Part shown: positions 1-9,442 of the stretch, piece after piece
How positions within the stretch are numbered: the first letter of the stretch is position 1
Layout of the letters: each line of letters starts with the position of its first letter
DNA from: an uncultured Acidimicrobiia bacterium
GTDB taxonomy: Bacteria; Actinomycetota; Acidimicrobiia; Acidimicrobiales; AC-14
DNA length: 54,449 bases
Assembly (NCBI GenBank): GCA_963836205.1
Contig: CAWIIV010000021.1
Coordinates: 1 to 54,449 of the forward strand
Direction: 5' to 3'
Program-made: the position numbers and the translations under genes
The notes under the pieces: generated by a model
Databases searched by the model: none
What the model saw: the letters and a program-made list of their open reading frames with translations, nothing else
What the model was told of the DNA's origin: nothing

Positions 1-232
1 GGTCCAACGGGTGAACCTCGCCACCGGTGCGGTGACTGACTTCCTCACGGGGTTGGAGAACCCGGTCCCAGTCACCCTCGGCCCCGACGGCGCCGTCCTG
101 GTCGGCGACTGGGGGACCGGCCGGATCTACCGGGTCACCACTGAAGGTCCGCCCGCCACGGCGGCGGTGAGGAGCTACTCCGTCGGTCGGAGGAGGGCGG
201 GGTGGAGGCGGTCGACGTCGCCCCGCCGGTAG
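1..232 (+). CDS. 3' end of a beta-propeller protein (PQQ-dependent sugar/sorbosone dehydrogenase-like), partial
   Basis: Frame is open from the window edge; FLTGLENPVPVTLGPDGAVLVGDWGTGRIYRV resembles a terminal propeller blade. The 3' end overlaps the convergent gene, so it is uncertain. Confidence 0.5.
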   Translation, partial: VQRVNLATGAVTDFLTGLENPVPVTLGPDGAVLVGDWGTGRIYRVTTEGPPATAAVRSYSVGRRRAGWRRSTSPRR

Positions 233-900
233 AGGCGGGCGGGGCGGCCGCTCTCCCCGCTGGGTGATACGGCCCGTCTCCACCAGGAAGTCGGCCGTGC
301 ACGACACCTTGCGGTGGAAGTTGCGGGGGTCGAGGGTGGTGTCCCACACCGCCTGGTACACCCGGCGCAGGTCGCCGATGGTGAACTCGTCGGGGCAGAA
401 GGCGGCGGCCAGGGTCGAGTACTCGAGCTGGCCCGCACCCGCTCGACACCGTCGGCGAGGATCTGGTGGTGGTCGGAGGCGAGGCCGGCGGGGTGGTCGA
501 GGAGCTCGTCGACGGGGAGCCATTCGGCCTCCTCGACCTCGTCCGCGCCGTGGGCGTCATCGGAGTCGCCGTGGCCGTCGGGGTCGTCGGTCTCGGCGTC
601 GGTGGCGGTGATGGCCCCGGCGGCCACGGCCGGGATCACGGCCAGGTAGGCCACGGTGACCCGGCGGGGGGCGCCGTACGTGGCCAGCTGCTCGACGTGG
701 ACCTGGGTCGACTCCAGTCCTGTGAGCTCCCACAGCTCCCGCTCGGCGGTCCCGAGGAGGTCCTCGTCGTCGAGCACGAGGCCGCCCGGCAAGCGCACCC
801 GGTTGGGGTTGTCGACCAGCACCAGGGCCACCAGCTCGTCGTCGAGGACGGTCAGGACCACCAGGTGGACGGCCACGGAGGCGTTGCGGTCCGAGGCCAT
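175..900 (-). CDS. nrtR: NrtR-like NUDIX + winged-helix regulator, with two compensating frameshifts (~431 and ~263)
   Basis: LPGG...AERELWELTGL, EQLATYG, LASDHHQIL. The wHTH (LEYSTLAAAFCPDEFTIGDLRRVYQAVWDTTLDPRNFHRKV) is in an alternate frame, then the original frame resumes with GRPARLYRRG. Confidence 0.8.
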   Translation of the reverse strand: MASDRNASVAVHLVVLTVLDDELVALVLVDNPNRVRLPGGLVLDDEDLLGTAERELWELTGLESTQVHVEQLATYGAPRRVTVAYLAVIPAVAAGAITATDAETDDPDGHGDSDDAHGADEVEEAEWLPVDELLDHPAGLASDHHQILADGVERVRASSSTRPWPPPSAPTSSPSATCAGCTRRCGTPPSTPATSTARCRARPTSWWRRAVSPSGESGRPARLYRRGDVDRLHPALLRPTE

Positions 901-1112
901 GCAATCGTCATTCTGACATCTCGCTAGGGTTTCTCCCGGGAGGTGACGGTGCCCGCGAACGACGACCCAAACCGATCCGGCGTCGTCGCCGACGGATCGT
1001 TCGGCGGCCGGCACTGACCGCACCCGGCCACCGCCGGGCTTGGCGCGTCACAGAATCGGATCGTGCCGGTGGGCTGTGGGCCACCCGGCCGGCGCCCGGA
1101 CCGGCCGCCCGG

Positions 1113-1811
1113 GTGCGGCTGGTGTGCCTCCCGCACGCGGGCGGGGGCGCAGCCGTGTTCCGGGGCTGGGCGGGCGAGCTGCCGGACACGGTCGAGCTGG
1201 TTGCCCTGCGCCTTCCGGGGCGGGAGCGCCGGGTCCGAGAACCGGCGATCGCCGACTGGCCGACGCTCCTGGACGTGCTGGAGACGGCGCTGGCGGAGGA
1301 GGTGGCCCCGCCGTACGTCCTCCTCGGACACAGCCTGGGCGCCATGATCGCCTACGAGCTGGCGGGCCGGCTGACCTCGTCGGGCGCGCCACCGCTCGGC
1401 CTGGTGCTCGCCGGCTGCCCGGCGCCTCACCTTCCCCTGGTGGACCCGCCCATCCACGACCTGCCGGACGACGAGTTGGTGGCCGGCCTGGGCCGCCTGG
1501 CGGGGACGCCCCCGGCGGTGCTCGCCGATCCGAGGGTGCTCAAGCTCACCGCGCCGATGCTGCGGTCGGACATGGCCCTGGCCGAGACCTGGCCTCCGGG
1601 CCCACCCCACCCGGTGGAATCGCCGCTCACCACCTTCGCCGGCACGGACGACCCCATCGCGCCCCCGGAGGCCGTCGCCGCCTGGGCCGCCCATACCCGG
1701 GCCGGGTTCACCGCCCACGTGGTGGAGGGCGACCACTTCTCGATGATGTCGCCACCGTCCCGCCTCTTGGGCCCGTTGCGAGCCGACTTCGACGCGTGGC
1801 TGCCCGACTGA
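1113..1811 (+). CDS. Type II thioesterase (GrsT-like)
   Basis: RLVCLPHAGG, LPGRERR, GHSLG nucleophile motif, GDHF catalytic His. Confidence 0.9.
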   Translation: MRLVCLPHAGGGAAVFRGWAGELPDTVELVALRLPGRERRVREPAIADWPTLLDVLETALAEEVAPPYVLLGHSLGAMIAYELAGRLTSSGAPPLGLVLAGCPAPHLPLVDPPIHDLPDDELVAGLGRLAGTPPAVLADPRVLKLTAPMLRSDMALAETWPPGPPHPVESPLTTFAGTDDPIAPPEAVAAWAAHTRAGFTAHVVEGDHFSMMSPPSRLLGPLRADFDAWLPD

Positions 1812-1927
1812 GCGGCGGGCGATCAGTCTGCCGATGACCGGGGTAGACCATGGGGAACGAGCCGTCGGCCACCTGGAAAGGGGGATGGGGGATCGGCCTC
1901 GCGTGCGAACGCCGCCCCCCGATCACC

Positions 1928-2668
1928 ATGAGCGACACACTGATCTGGATCTCGGGCGCGTCCGGGGGCATCGGCCAGGCACTGGCCCGCACCGTCCCCT
2001 GGGACTCTGCGAGGGTCATCGGCATCAGCCGGACGCCCCTCGCCGGCTTCGAGCACCTGGAGGCCGACCTGTCCGACCCCGCCTCGTGGCCGGCGGTGGG
2101 CGAGTCGTTCCGCACTGAGCTCCAGGGCTTCGACGGCGAGCGGGTGGTGTTCGTCCATGCCGCCGGGACCCTCGACCCGATGGGGTTCGTGGGCGAGGTC
2201 GAAGCCGACACCTACGCCCGAAACGTGGTGCTCAACAGCGCGTCGCCGCAGGTACTGGGGCACATGTTCGTCGCCGCCGCCCGCGATGTCGCCGCCCACC
2301 GCTTTCTCGTCATGCTGACGTCGGGGGCGGCCAAGAGCGTCTACCCGGGGTGGTCGTCGTACGGGGCGGCCAAGGCCGGGGTCGACCAGTGGGTGCGCAA
2401 CGTCGGGGCTGAGCAGTCGAAGCGGGGCGGGGTGCAGGTGCTGGCCGTCGCTCCGGGGACGGTCGACACCGGGATGCAGTCGATCCTGCGCCAGACGCCG
2501 GAGCGCGACTTCCCCAGCCGCCAGAAGTTCGTCGACCTCCACGCGGCCGGGAAGCTGAGCGACCCCGACGCCGTCGCCCGCGACCTGTGGAGCCTTCTCG
2601 ACGGGGAACAGGAGAACGGCGCGGTGATCGACCTCCGGGACCTGGCCAAGGCCCGCGCCGGCGGCTGA
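1928..2668 (+). CDS. Short-chain dehydrogenase/reductase (benzil/sepiapterin reductase-like)
   Basis: ISGASGGIG, TSGAA, YGAAK, APGTVDTGMQ. Confidence 0.88.
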   Translation: MSDTLIWISGASGGIGQALARTVPWDSARVIGISRTPLAGFEHLEADLSDPASWPAVGESFRTELQGFDGERVVFVHAAGTLDPMGFVGEVEADTYARNVVLNSASPQVLGHMFVAAARDVAAHRFLVMLTSGAAKSVYPGWSSYGAAKAGVDQWVRNVGAEQSKRGGVQVLAVAPGTVDTGMQSILRQTPERDFPSRQKFVDLHAAGKLSDPDAVARDLWSLLDGEQENGAVIDLRDLAKARAGG

Positions 2669-2693
2669 CGGACGCTCTTGGTCGGAAAGGCGG

Positions 2694-3359
2694 CTACGCC
2701 GCGATCTCGGCTTCGGTGCGGGCGAAGTCGACGGTGGCATCGACCGACGCCGTCAGGTCGGCGAACTGGCCGCCCACTTGGTAGAGCCGGGAGCCCCGGA
2801 CGAAGGTGACGACGTGGGCCCGCTCGGGGGCCTCGCCCTCCACCTGTCGCGTGTACGACTGGCCTGCCGCGTTGGCGATGCCGTCGACGGTGAACGGGCG
2901 GGCGCCCTTTCGGGCGACGTTCTGGGCCGCGAACCGGTCGCGGGCGGCGCGGGCCCCGTCCTCGTCGGCGAACTCGAAGACGAACACGGCGAGGAACGAG
3001 CGCGGGTCCTCGCGGAGCCAGCCCCGGGTGTAGCCCCGCTTGAACCGGGTTTCCTCCAGGATGACCTCGTCCTCCCGGGGGGCGTCGGAGAAGTCGGCCA
3101 GCAGGCGGTTGAGGTCGACGGCACCGTACGGAGGGGAGGGCAGGAGGTCGTGGCCGGCGGGGGCGGTGGTGACCACCAGGCGGCGCAGGTCGACGGCGCC
3201 GGTGACGGTGCGGGCCAGGGTGGTGGTGCGGCCGGCGCCGGCGACGACCGGCGGCGGGGCCGGGTCGCCGCCGTCGGAGCAACTGGCGACGCCGAGGCCC
3301 AGGGCGACGGCGGCCGCGACGATGACCGGGACCGTCGTTCGGCGGCGGGGGATGGTCAC
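2694..3359 (-). CDS. Hypothetical lipoprotein
   Basis: Basic N-terminus, hydrophobic stretch and VASC lipobox; GTGA overlap with the upstream DsbA stop. Confidence 0.7.
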   Translation of the reverse strand: MTIPRRRTTVPVIVAAAVALGLGVASCSDGGDPAPPPVVAGAGRTTTLARTVTGAVDLRRLVVTTAPAGHDLLPSPPYGAVDLNRLLADFSDAPREDEVILEETRFKRGYTRGWLREDPRSFLAVFVFEFADEDGARAARDRFAAQNVARKGARPFTVDGIANAAGQSYTRQVEGEAPERAHVVTFVRGSRLYQVGGQFADLTASVDATVDFARTEAEIAA

Positions 3360-4057
3360 ACGGCGCAGGCGTCGCCCGTGCACGCCCCGTCGTCGGCCGC
3401 CGCGACCGCGACCGGGGCCGCCGCGCCCTCGGCCCACACCTGGCGGAGCACGTCGAGGAGGACGTCGGGATGCTGCGCGCCCGGGACCGCGTACTTCCGG
3501 TCGAGGACGAAGTACGGCACCGCGGTGATCCCGAACGACCGGGCCAGCGTCTCGTCCTCCCGCACCTCGCCGGCGAACCGGTCGCCGGCCAGGAGCGCCC
3601 GCACCTCGGTCTCGTCGAGGCCGGCCTCGACGCCCACCTCGACCAACGTCTCCGCCCGCCCCGTCGGGCGACCCTCGGTGAACGTGGCCGCCAGCAGCCG
3701 CTCCTTCACCGCGCCCTGCACCCCCCGTTCCAGGCCCAGGTGGATGAGGCGGTGGGCGTCGAAGGTGTTGCCCGGCCGGGCCCGGTCGAAGCGCATGTCG
3801 ACGCCGACGTCGTCGCCGACCCGGGTCATGCGCTCGACCATCGCCTCCGCCTCCGCCACCGGGATGCGGTACTTCGACGCCAGCCGGTCGATGTAGACGC
3901 CGACCCGCTCCACCGGCGCGGCCGGGTCGAGCTCGAACGCCCGCCACACCACCTCCACCTCGTCCCGGTGCTCGAAGCGTGCGAGGGCGGACTCGAAGTG
4001 GCGCTTGCCGATGTAGCACCAGGGACAGACGACGTCGGACCAGATCTCTACTCTCAT
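3356..4057 (-). CDS. DsbA/FrnE-family thiol-disulfide oxidoreductase
   Basis: WSDVVCPWCYIG, NTFDAHRL, GITAVPYF, C-terminal CTGDAC. Confidence 0.92.
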   Translation of the reverse strand: MRVEIWSDVVCPWCYIGKRHFESALARFEHRDEVEVVWRAFELDPAAPVERVGVYIDRLASKYRIPVAEAEAMVERMTRVGDDVGVDMRFDRARPGNTFDAHRLIHLGLERGVQGAVKERLLAATFTEGRPTGRAETLVEVGVEAGLDETEVRALLAGDRFAGEVREDETLARSFGITAVPYFVLDRKYAVPGAQHPDVLLDVLRQVWAEGAAAPVAVAAADDGACTGDACAV

Positions 4058-4085
4058 GATCCGGTTGCAACACCGGCGGAGGCGA

Positions 4086-4943
4086 TCATCGTCCCGGCCG
4101 GGACCAAACCGTGCAGCGGTGGATGGGGAGGAACCCCAGCCGTTGGTAGACGGGGCGCCCGTCGTCGCTGGCGATGAGCACGCTCGGCAGCTCGGGCCGG
4201 CAGGTGACGGCCCGGCCGGTGAGGGCGGCCCCGAAGCCCCGTCGCCGGGCGTCGGGGAGGGTGGCCACCCAGTCCACCTCGACCAGCCCGTGGGCCACGT
4301 GGGCGCCGGAGACGGCCACCGCCCGACCGTCGGGGGCGTCGCCGTCGGGGGCGTCGCCGTCGGGGGCGTCGCCGTCGGGGGCGTCGTGGCCGGTCGTGTC
4401 GTAGCCGACCCACAGGCGGATGGGGCCGCCCAGGAGGCGGTGGTCGATGATGGCGCCACCCTCGGGCATCGGGTACGCCTCCACCAGCACCCGCTCGAAG
4501 TCGGCCAGCTCGTCGGGGGTGCGGACCTCGACGATGCGGCTCCCGGCGGGGTCGGGGAAGGCGTAGGGGGCGGGCGCCCGCAGGAGGAACGGCGGGTGGC
4601 CGACCAGTTCGAGCCCGGCCGTCGAGAGGTCGGGCAGGGGCCAGGCGGAGAAGAGGATCCACGTGCGCTCGGGGGGGTAGAAGGCGATGGCCTCGTCGAC
4701 CACCCGGTGGATGTCGGCCACGCCCGGCGGCTGGAGCAGCACGACACCGTTGTTGAAGACGAAGGCGGAGTGGGGGTCGGCGAAGGCGGCCTCGGCCGTG
4801 CGCCGGATCCGGCCGCCGATGCCGTCGGCCATGGTCGTGAGGCGGTCGGCGAAGGCGAACAGGAAGCCTCGCAGCAGGGTGTCGTCGACGGCGAGGTCGG
4901 GCTCCCACCCGTGGGTCAGGTGGACCTCGGGTTCGGAAGCCAT
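4086..4943 (-). CDS. GNAT-family N-acetyltransferase
   Basis: VATLPDARRRGFGAALT acetyl-CoA motif A; ASDDGRPVYQRLGF motif B. Confidence 0.8.
   Translation of the reverse strand: MASEPEVHLTHGWEPDLAVDDTLLRGFLFAFADRLTTMADGIGGRIRRTAEAAFADPHSAFVFNNGVVLLQPPGVADIHRVVDEAIAFYPPERTWILFSAWPLPDLSTAGLELVGHPPFLLRAPAPYAFPDPAGSRIVEVRTPDELADFERVLVEAYPMPEGGAIIDHRLLGGPIRLWVGYDTTGHDAPDGDAPDGDAPDGDAPDGRAVAVSGAHVAHGLVEVDWVATLPDARRRGFGAALTGRAVTCRPELPSVLIASDDGRPVYQRLGFLPIHRCTVWSRPGR
4327..4386. repeat. Perfect 15-bp tandem repeat x4 (CCGTCGGGGGCGTCG), encoding (DAPDG)4 in the GNAT
   Basis: Read directly from the sequence. Confidence 0.95.
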
Positions 4944-4998
4944 CGCTTCAGTGTGGTCGCACGGGGTTACGGAAAGGTGGACCGGTAGCGTCTGCGCG

Positions 4999-7900
4999 GT
5001 GGCACTTACGACCGGCAGCGTGCGGGTGCGGCTGGTGGGGCCGTTGCGGCTGTACGTCGACGGGAGCCGGGTCGCCGACCTGCCCGCGGGCCGCGCCTCG
5101 AGCCTGCTCGGGATGCTGGCGGTAGAGGCCGGCCACCTGGTCCCGACCGACCGCCTCATCGACGACCTGTGGCCCGGCGGGGCGCCGGCCAAGGCCGAGC
5201 AGAACGTGGCCTCGCTCGTCAGCCGGCTGCGGCGGCTGGTGGGACGCGACCAGATCCAGGGGGGCCGGTCGGGCTACCGGGGGGAGTTCGGCACCGACGT
5301 CCAGGAGGCGGAGGCACTGCTGGGGGAGGCGGAGGGTCGGCTGGCGGCGGGCGCGTTCGGTCCCGCGGCGACCGCGGCCCGGCGGGCGCTGGCCGTCCTC
5401 GACGGGGGCGAGCTGTTGGAGGACGAGCCCTACGCGGCGTGGGCCCAGGGTCCTCGCCGGCGGGTGGGGCGGCTGCTGCGGCGGGCCCGGTCGTGCGTGT
5501 GGACGGCGGCCCTCGAGCTGGGCGACACCGCCGCCGCGCTGGACGCGGCCGCGGCGGCGGTCGACGCCGACCCGTTCGACGAGGACGCCCACCGCGCCCT
5601 CATGCGGGCCAACCACCGCCGGGGCGACCGGGGGGCGGCGCTGGTGGTGTTCAAGCGGCTGGAGCGGGAGCTGCACGACGAGCTGGGCGTGGCTCCGGCC
5701 GACGAGACGCTGGAGCTGTACGAGGCGATCGCCGGCGGCCGGCCGGAGCCGGAGGCACGGCGGCCGGGCGTGGGCGGCGGCGCTGGCCTGGGGCTCGGTC
5801 GCGGTGCCGGCCTCGGCAGCCTCGGGGGCGGCGGCTCGGCCCGGCAGGCACCGATGGTGGGCCGCCGCCAGGAGCTTTTCCTGCTGCGGGAGGCGTGGGC
5901 GGGGGCAGTTGCGGGCCGGTGCGAGTTCGTGTTCGTCTCGGGCCCGGCGGGGTCGGGCAAGTCCCGCCTGGCGACGGAGACGGCGGCGGTGGCGGAGGCG
6001 GCCGGTGGGGTGACGCTGCGGGCGCGGTGCAACGAGGCCGAGCGGTCGCTGTTCCTCCAGCCCATCGTGGAGGCGGTCCGTCGTCACCTGGAGACGGTGA
6101 CCGCCCAGGTGGCGGGCGAGCTGGTCGGCAGCTGGGCCGGCACCCTGGCCGAGCTCCTCCCCGGGCTCACCGTGTCGCTGGGCCAAGGCGCCACCGCCTA
6201 CGAGCGGGCCGGGCCCGAGCTGGAGCACCGCCGCTCGCTGGAGGCGGTCACCGAGTTCGTCGCCCGCCTGGCCCAGCGCCAGCCGGTGTTGCTCCTGCTG
6301 GAGGACCTCGAGCACGCGGGGGCGTCGACCCTCGAGGCGTTGCGGTTCATGGCCGGGCGCCTGGGTCCGGAGCGGCTGCTGGTGGTGGTGACGCTGCGCC
6401 GGGAGGAGGCCCGGGAGGCGATGGAGACTCTCGAGCACCTGGGCCGGGAGATCCATCTGGGTCCGTTGTCGCCGGCGGCGGTGGCGCAGCTGGCGGCGGC
6501 CATGGGCGTGCCCGAGCTGGCCGAGCCCGTCTACGAGCTCACCGGCGGCGACGTGCTCTTCTCGGTGGAGGCGTTCCGCCTGGCCGCGGACTCCGACCGG
6601 GCCGCCGACGCCCTGGAGGTGAGCCGGTCGCTCCGGGAGGTCGTCACCGAACGGGTGCGGCGGGCGGGCGCCGACGTGGAGGAGTTCCTCCGGGTGGGCG
6701 TGGTGGCGGGGGCGTCGTTCGACCTCGATCTGGTCGGCCGGGTGCAGGACGTGGCCCCCGAGGCCGCCGCCCGCCTGGCCCAGCGGGCGTTGGAGGCGGG
6801 CCTGCTCACCACCAAGGGCGACGGCCTGGCCTTCGCCAACAGCGTGATCCAGGAGGTCCTGTACGAGACGACGCCGCCGGCGGTGCGGGCCAGCCGCCAC
6901 CGGCGCATCGCCGACCTGGTGGCCGACCGCCCCGAGCTGGTGGCCGTCCACCGGGAGGCGGCGGGGGACTGGGAACGGGCGGGGGAAGCCTGGACGGCCG
7001 CCGCCGCGGACGCCCGCCGGCGCTTCGCCAACCGCGACGCGGAGCGGCTGTTCGGGCGGGCCCTGGCCGCGGCCGAGGCGGCGGGCGACGTCGCCGCGGT
7101 GGGCCGGGTGTCGCTGCGCCGGGGCCAGGTGCGGGAGGAGCTGGCCGACTACGCCGGGGCTCGCGACGATCACCAGCGGGCACTGGCGCTGGCCCGGACC
7201 CTGGCCGACAGCGGCCTGGAGGCGATGGCCCTGGAACGCCTGGGCTGGACCGCGTACTACGGGCGCGACGTCGACCGGGCGTCGGACTTCGCGGTGCAGG
7301 CGACGGCCCTGGCCGAGGCCGCGGCGGCCGCACCCGGCGCCCAGGCGAGCGCGTTGGTGCTGGTGGGACGGGTCCGGCACTGGGCGGGCGACATGCCGGG
7401 GGCGTCGGCGGCCTACGAGCGGGCACTGGCCGACGGGGAGTCGGAGCCGGCCACGGTGGCCTCGGCGCTGTCGTGCCTGGGGGCGCTGCTGGAGCACGGC
7501 GACCGCTTCGCCGAGGCTCGTGACGTGCTGGCCCGGGCCATGGCCACCTGCGAGGAGACGGGGTCGTTCCGGGCCCTGCTGCGGACCCTGTTCTTCGCCG
7601 GCCTGGCCCGCGCCAACCTGGGCGACCTGGTGGGCGCGCTGCGGGTGTTGGAGCGCAAACGGGGCCTCCTCAACCGCTACGACGTCCACTACTACCGGGC
7701 CCGGACGTCGACCACCCTGTCGTGGGTGTGGCGGGAGCTGGGCGACGTCGGGCGGGCGGAGGACCTGGCCCGGGAGGCGATCGAGCAGTCGCGGGAGGTG
7801 GCCGCGGGGTCGCTCCAGACGGAACAGGAGCTGCACGCCCTGCTGGCCGCGGCCGAGTGCCGGCTTCTGGACGGGGACGAGGGGGCGGCGGGGGCGTTGG

Positions 7901-8250
7901 TGGCGGAGGCGGAGCCGCTGATCCGGGTGTGGCTGCCCTTCCGCTGGCGGGCCGAGCTGCGGTTGATCGAGGTGGCCAGCCGGCTGGAGCCGGCCCGGGC
8001 CGAGCTATTGCTGGACCTGGCCCGGCAGCGGGGGTCGGCCAAATACCAGGCGCTGGCGTTGGCCCGCCTGGGCCACCGGGAGGAGGCGGCCGCGGTGGCC
8101 GCGTCGACGGGTTCGTCCCTGCTCCTGGCCGAGGTCGCCCCCGAACGCCAGGCCCGGGACGCGGTGCTGTCGATGGCCGCCTCCCTCCCCCGCGACATGC
8201 GGTCCCGTTTCGCCGCCCACGGCCGCCTGGCCGGCCCGCTGCGGACGTAG
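4999..8250 (+). CDS. SARP/AfsR-type regulator (wHTH-BTAD-AAA ATPase-TPR)
   Basis: VRLVGPL, DRLIDDLW, DPFDEDAHRALMRA (BTAD), GPAGSGKS Walker A, LLLLEDL Walker B, TPR-like C-terminus; start codon approximate. Confidence 0.88.
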   Translation: MALTTGSVRVRLVGPLRLYVDGSRVADLPAGRASSLLGMLAVEAGHLVPTDRLIDDLWPGGAPAKAEQNVASLVSRLRRLVGRDQIQGGRSGYRGEFGTDVQEAEALLGEAEGRLAAGAFGPAATAARRALAVLDGGELLEDEPYAAWAQGPRRRVGRLLRRARSCVWTAALELGDTAAALDAAAAAVDADPFDEDAHRALMRANHRRGDRGAALVVFKRLERELHDELGVAPADETLELYEAIAGGRPEPEARRPGVGGGAGLGLGRGAGLGSLGGGGSARQAPMVGRRQELFLLREAWAGAVAGRCEFVFVSGPAGSGKSRLATETAAVAEAAGGVTLRARCNEAERSLFLQPIVEAVRRHLETVTAQVAGELVGSWAGTLAELLPGLTVSLGQGATAYERAGPELEHRRSLEAVTEFVARLAQRQPVLLLLEDLEHAGASTLEALRFMAGRLGPERLLVVVTLRREEAREAMETLEHLGREIHLGPLSPAAVAQLAAAMGVPELAEPVYELTGGDVLFSVEAFRLAADSDRAADALEVSRSLREVVTERVRRAGADVEEFLRVGVVAGASFDLDLVGRVQDVAPEAAARLAQRALEAGLLTTKGDGLAFANSVIQEVLYETTPPAVRASRHRRIADLVADRPELVAVHREAAGDWERAGEAWTAAAADARRRFANRDAERLFGRALAAAEAAGDVAAVGRVSLRRGQVREELADYAGARDDHQRALALARTLADSGLEAMALERLGWTAYYGRDVDRASDFAVQATALAEAAAAAPGAQASALVLVGRVRHWAGDMPGASAAYERALADGESEPATVASALSCLGALLEHGDRFAEARDVLARAMATCEETGSFRALLRTLFFAGLARANLGDLVGALRVLERKRGLLNRYDVHYYRARTSTTLSWVWRELGDVGRAEDLAREAIEQSREVAAGSLQTEQELHALLAAAECRLLDGDEGAAGALVAEAEPLIRVWLPFRWRAELRLIEVASRLEPARAELLLDLARQRGSAKYQALALARLGHREEAAAVAASTGSSLLLAEVAPERQARDAVLSMAASLPRDMRSRFAAHGRLAGPLRT

Positions 8251-8260
8251 CCACGCCTGC

Positions 8261-8372
8261 GAACCGGTGCCGTTTTTGGTGGCCAGGACCCCCGGATTCG
8301 TCACCGGTTCGAGGCCCCCGTCCAACCGGTGACGTATCCGGTGGCCAGGACCCCCGGATTCGTCACCGGTTC
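8261..8372. repeat. Two tandem REP-like hairpin units
   Basis: 33-bp direct repeat GGTGGCCAGGACCCCCGGATTCGTCACCGGTTC at 8278 and 8340. Each copy is preceded by AACCGGTG(A/C)CG, which pairs with its 3' end. Confidence 0.8.
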
Positions 8373-8406
8373 AAGGTCTGGGGCGCCATGGTCGATGTGA
8401 GGGAGA

Positions 8407-9378
8407 GTGCAGACCCACACACCCGTCCGTGACGAAGCGGCGCCGGTCGGCGACGGGCCGTCGGCCGCGGTCGTCGACCTCGTGGGCGTGCGGCGGATGT
8501 TCGGACCCGCCATCGGGCTGGCCGACCTCACCCTGTCGGTGCCGGCGGGGTCGGTCACCGTCCTGGTGGGTCCCAACGGGGCCGGCAAGACCACCGCCCT
8601 CCGGGTGATCACCGGTGCCCTCCGGACCGAGGCCGGCACCGCCCGCGTCTTCGGGCTCGACCCCGCCGGTCCCGACGGCGAGCAGGTGCGCCAGCGGTGC
8701 GGCGTGGTGGCGGCCAAGCCCGCCCTCTACGACCGCCTGACCGGCCGGGACAACCTCAAGTACGCGGCCCACCTCTTCGGCATGGGACGAAACGCCTCGG
8801 TCGACGCCGCCGCCGACCGATTCGGCATCCACCAGGCCCTCGACCTCCGGGTCGGCGGCTACTCCACGGGCATGAAGGCCCGCCTCGCCCTGGCCCGCGC
8901 CGTCCTCCACGACCCCGATCTCCTCCTTCTCGACGAGCCCACGTCCGGCCTCGACCCCGAGTCGGCCCACGCCGTGCTCGAGCTGGTGGACGGGATGGCC
9001 GGCGACGGCAAGACAGTGGTGATGTGCACCCACCTCCTCTTGGAGGCCGAGGGCCTGGCCGACGAGGTCGTGATGATGGAGGACGGGACGGCGGTGATGG
9101 CCGGTCCCCCGGAGACGCTCGTTCTCCAGTTCTGGCCCCACCCCATGGTGGTCTTCGGGGCCGAGACGGGCGCCAGCCTCGACCGCCTGCAACACATGCC
9201 CGGCGTGGTGTCCTACGTGCGGGCCGCCGACTCGAACGAGGCCGAAGTCGAAGTCGACGACAGGGCCCGGGTGCCGGGACTCGTCGCCTCCCTGGCCGCG
9301 GTCGGCGTCCGCCTGACCAAGGTCCGTCCCCACGAGCCCTCCCTGGAGGAGCTCTACCTCAGGATCCGGAACCGGTGA
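8407..9378 (+). CDS. ABC transporter ATP-binding protein (drug/peptide exporter type)
   Basis: GPNGAGKT, YSTGM signature, LLLLDEPT, PSLEELYL. Confidence 0.93.
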   Translation: MQTHTPVRDEAAPVGDGPSAAVVDLVGVRRMFGPAIGLADLTLSVPAGSVTVLVGPNGAGKTTALRVITGALRTEAGTARVFGLDPAGPDGEQVRQRCGVVAAKPALYDRLTGRDNLKYAAHLFGMGRNASVDAAADRFGIHQALDLRVGGYSTGMKARLALARAVLHDPDLLLLDEPTSGLDPESAHAVLELVDGMAGDGKTVVMCTHLLLEAEGLADEVVMMEDGTAVMAGPPETLVLQFWPHPMVVFGAETGASLDRLQHMPGVVSYVRAADSNEAEVEVDDRARVPGLVASLAAVGVRLTKVRPHEPSLEELYLRIRNR

Positions 9379-9384
9379 CCACCC

Positions 9385-9427
9385 TTCTGGAGCAAAAGCG
9401 ACCTCGGGTGTCGTTTTTCCTCCAGAA
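9385..9427. repeat. Intercistronic REP-like inverted repeat
   Basis: TTCTGGAGCAAAAGCGAC ... GTCGTTTTTCCTCCAGAA imperfect palindrome. Confidence 0.6.
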
Positions 9428-9442
9428 CCGCGGGTCGGACCG

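Noticed and set aside
4948-7836. Long antisense and alternate-frame ORFs (also 38581-41292, 43765-46185 and others)
   Set aside because: Shadow ORFs expected in high-GC DNA; Arg/Pro/Gly-rich with no motifs.
8278-8372. 33-bp direct repeat with a 29-bp spacer as a mini CRISPR array
   Set aside because: Only two copies; the 'spacer' pairs with the repeat to form a larger hairpin; no cas genes.
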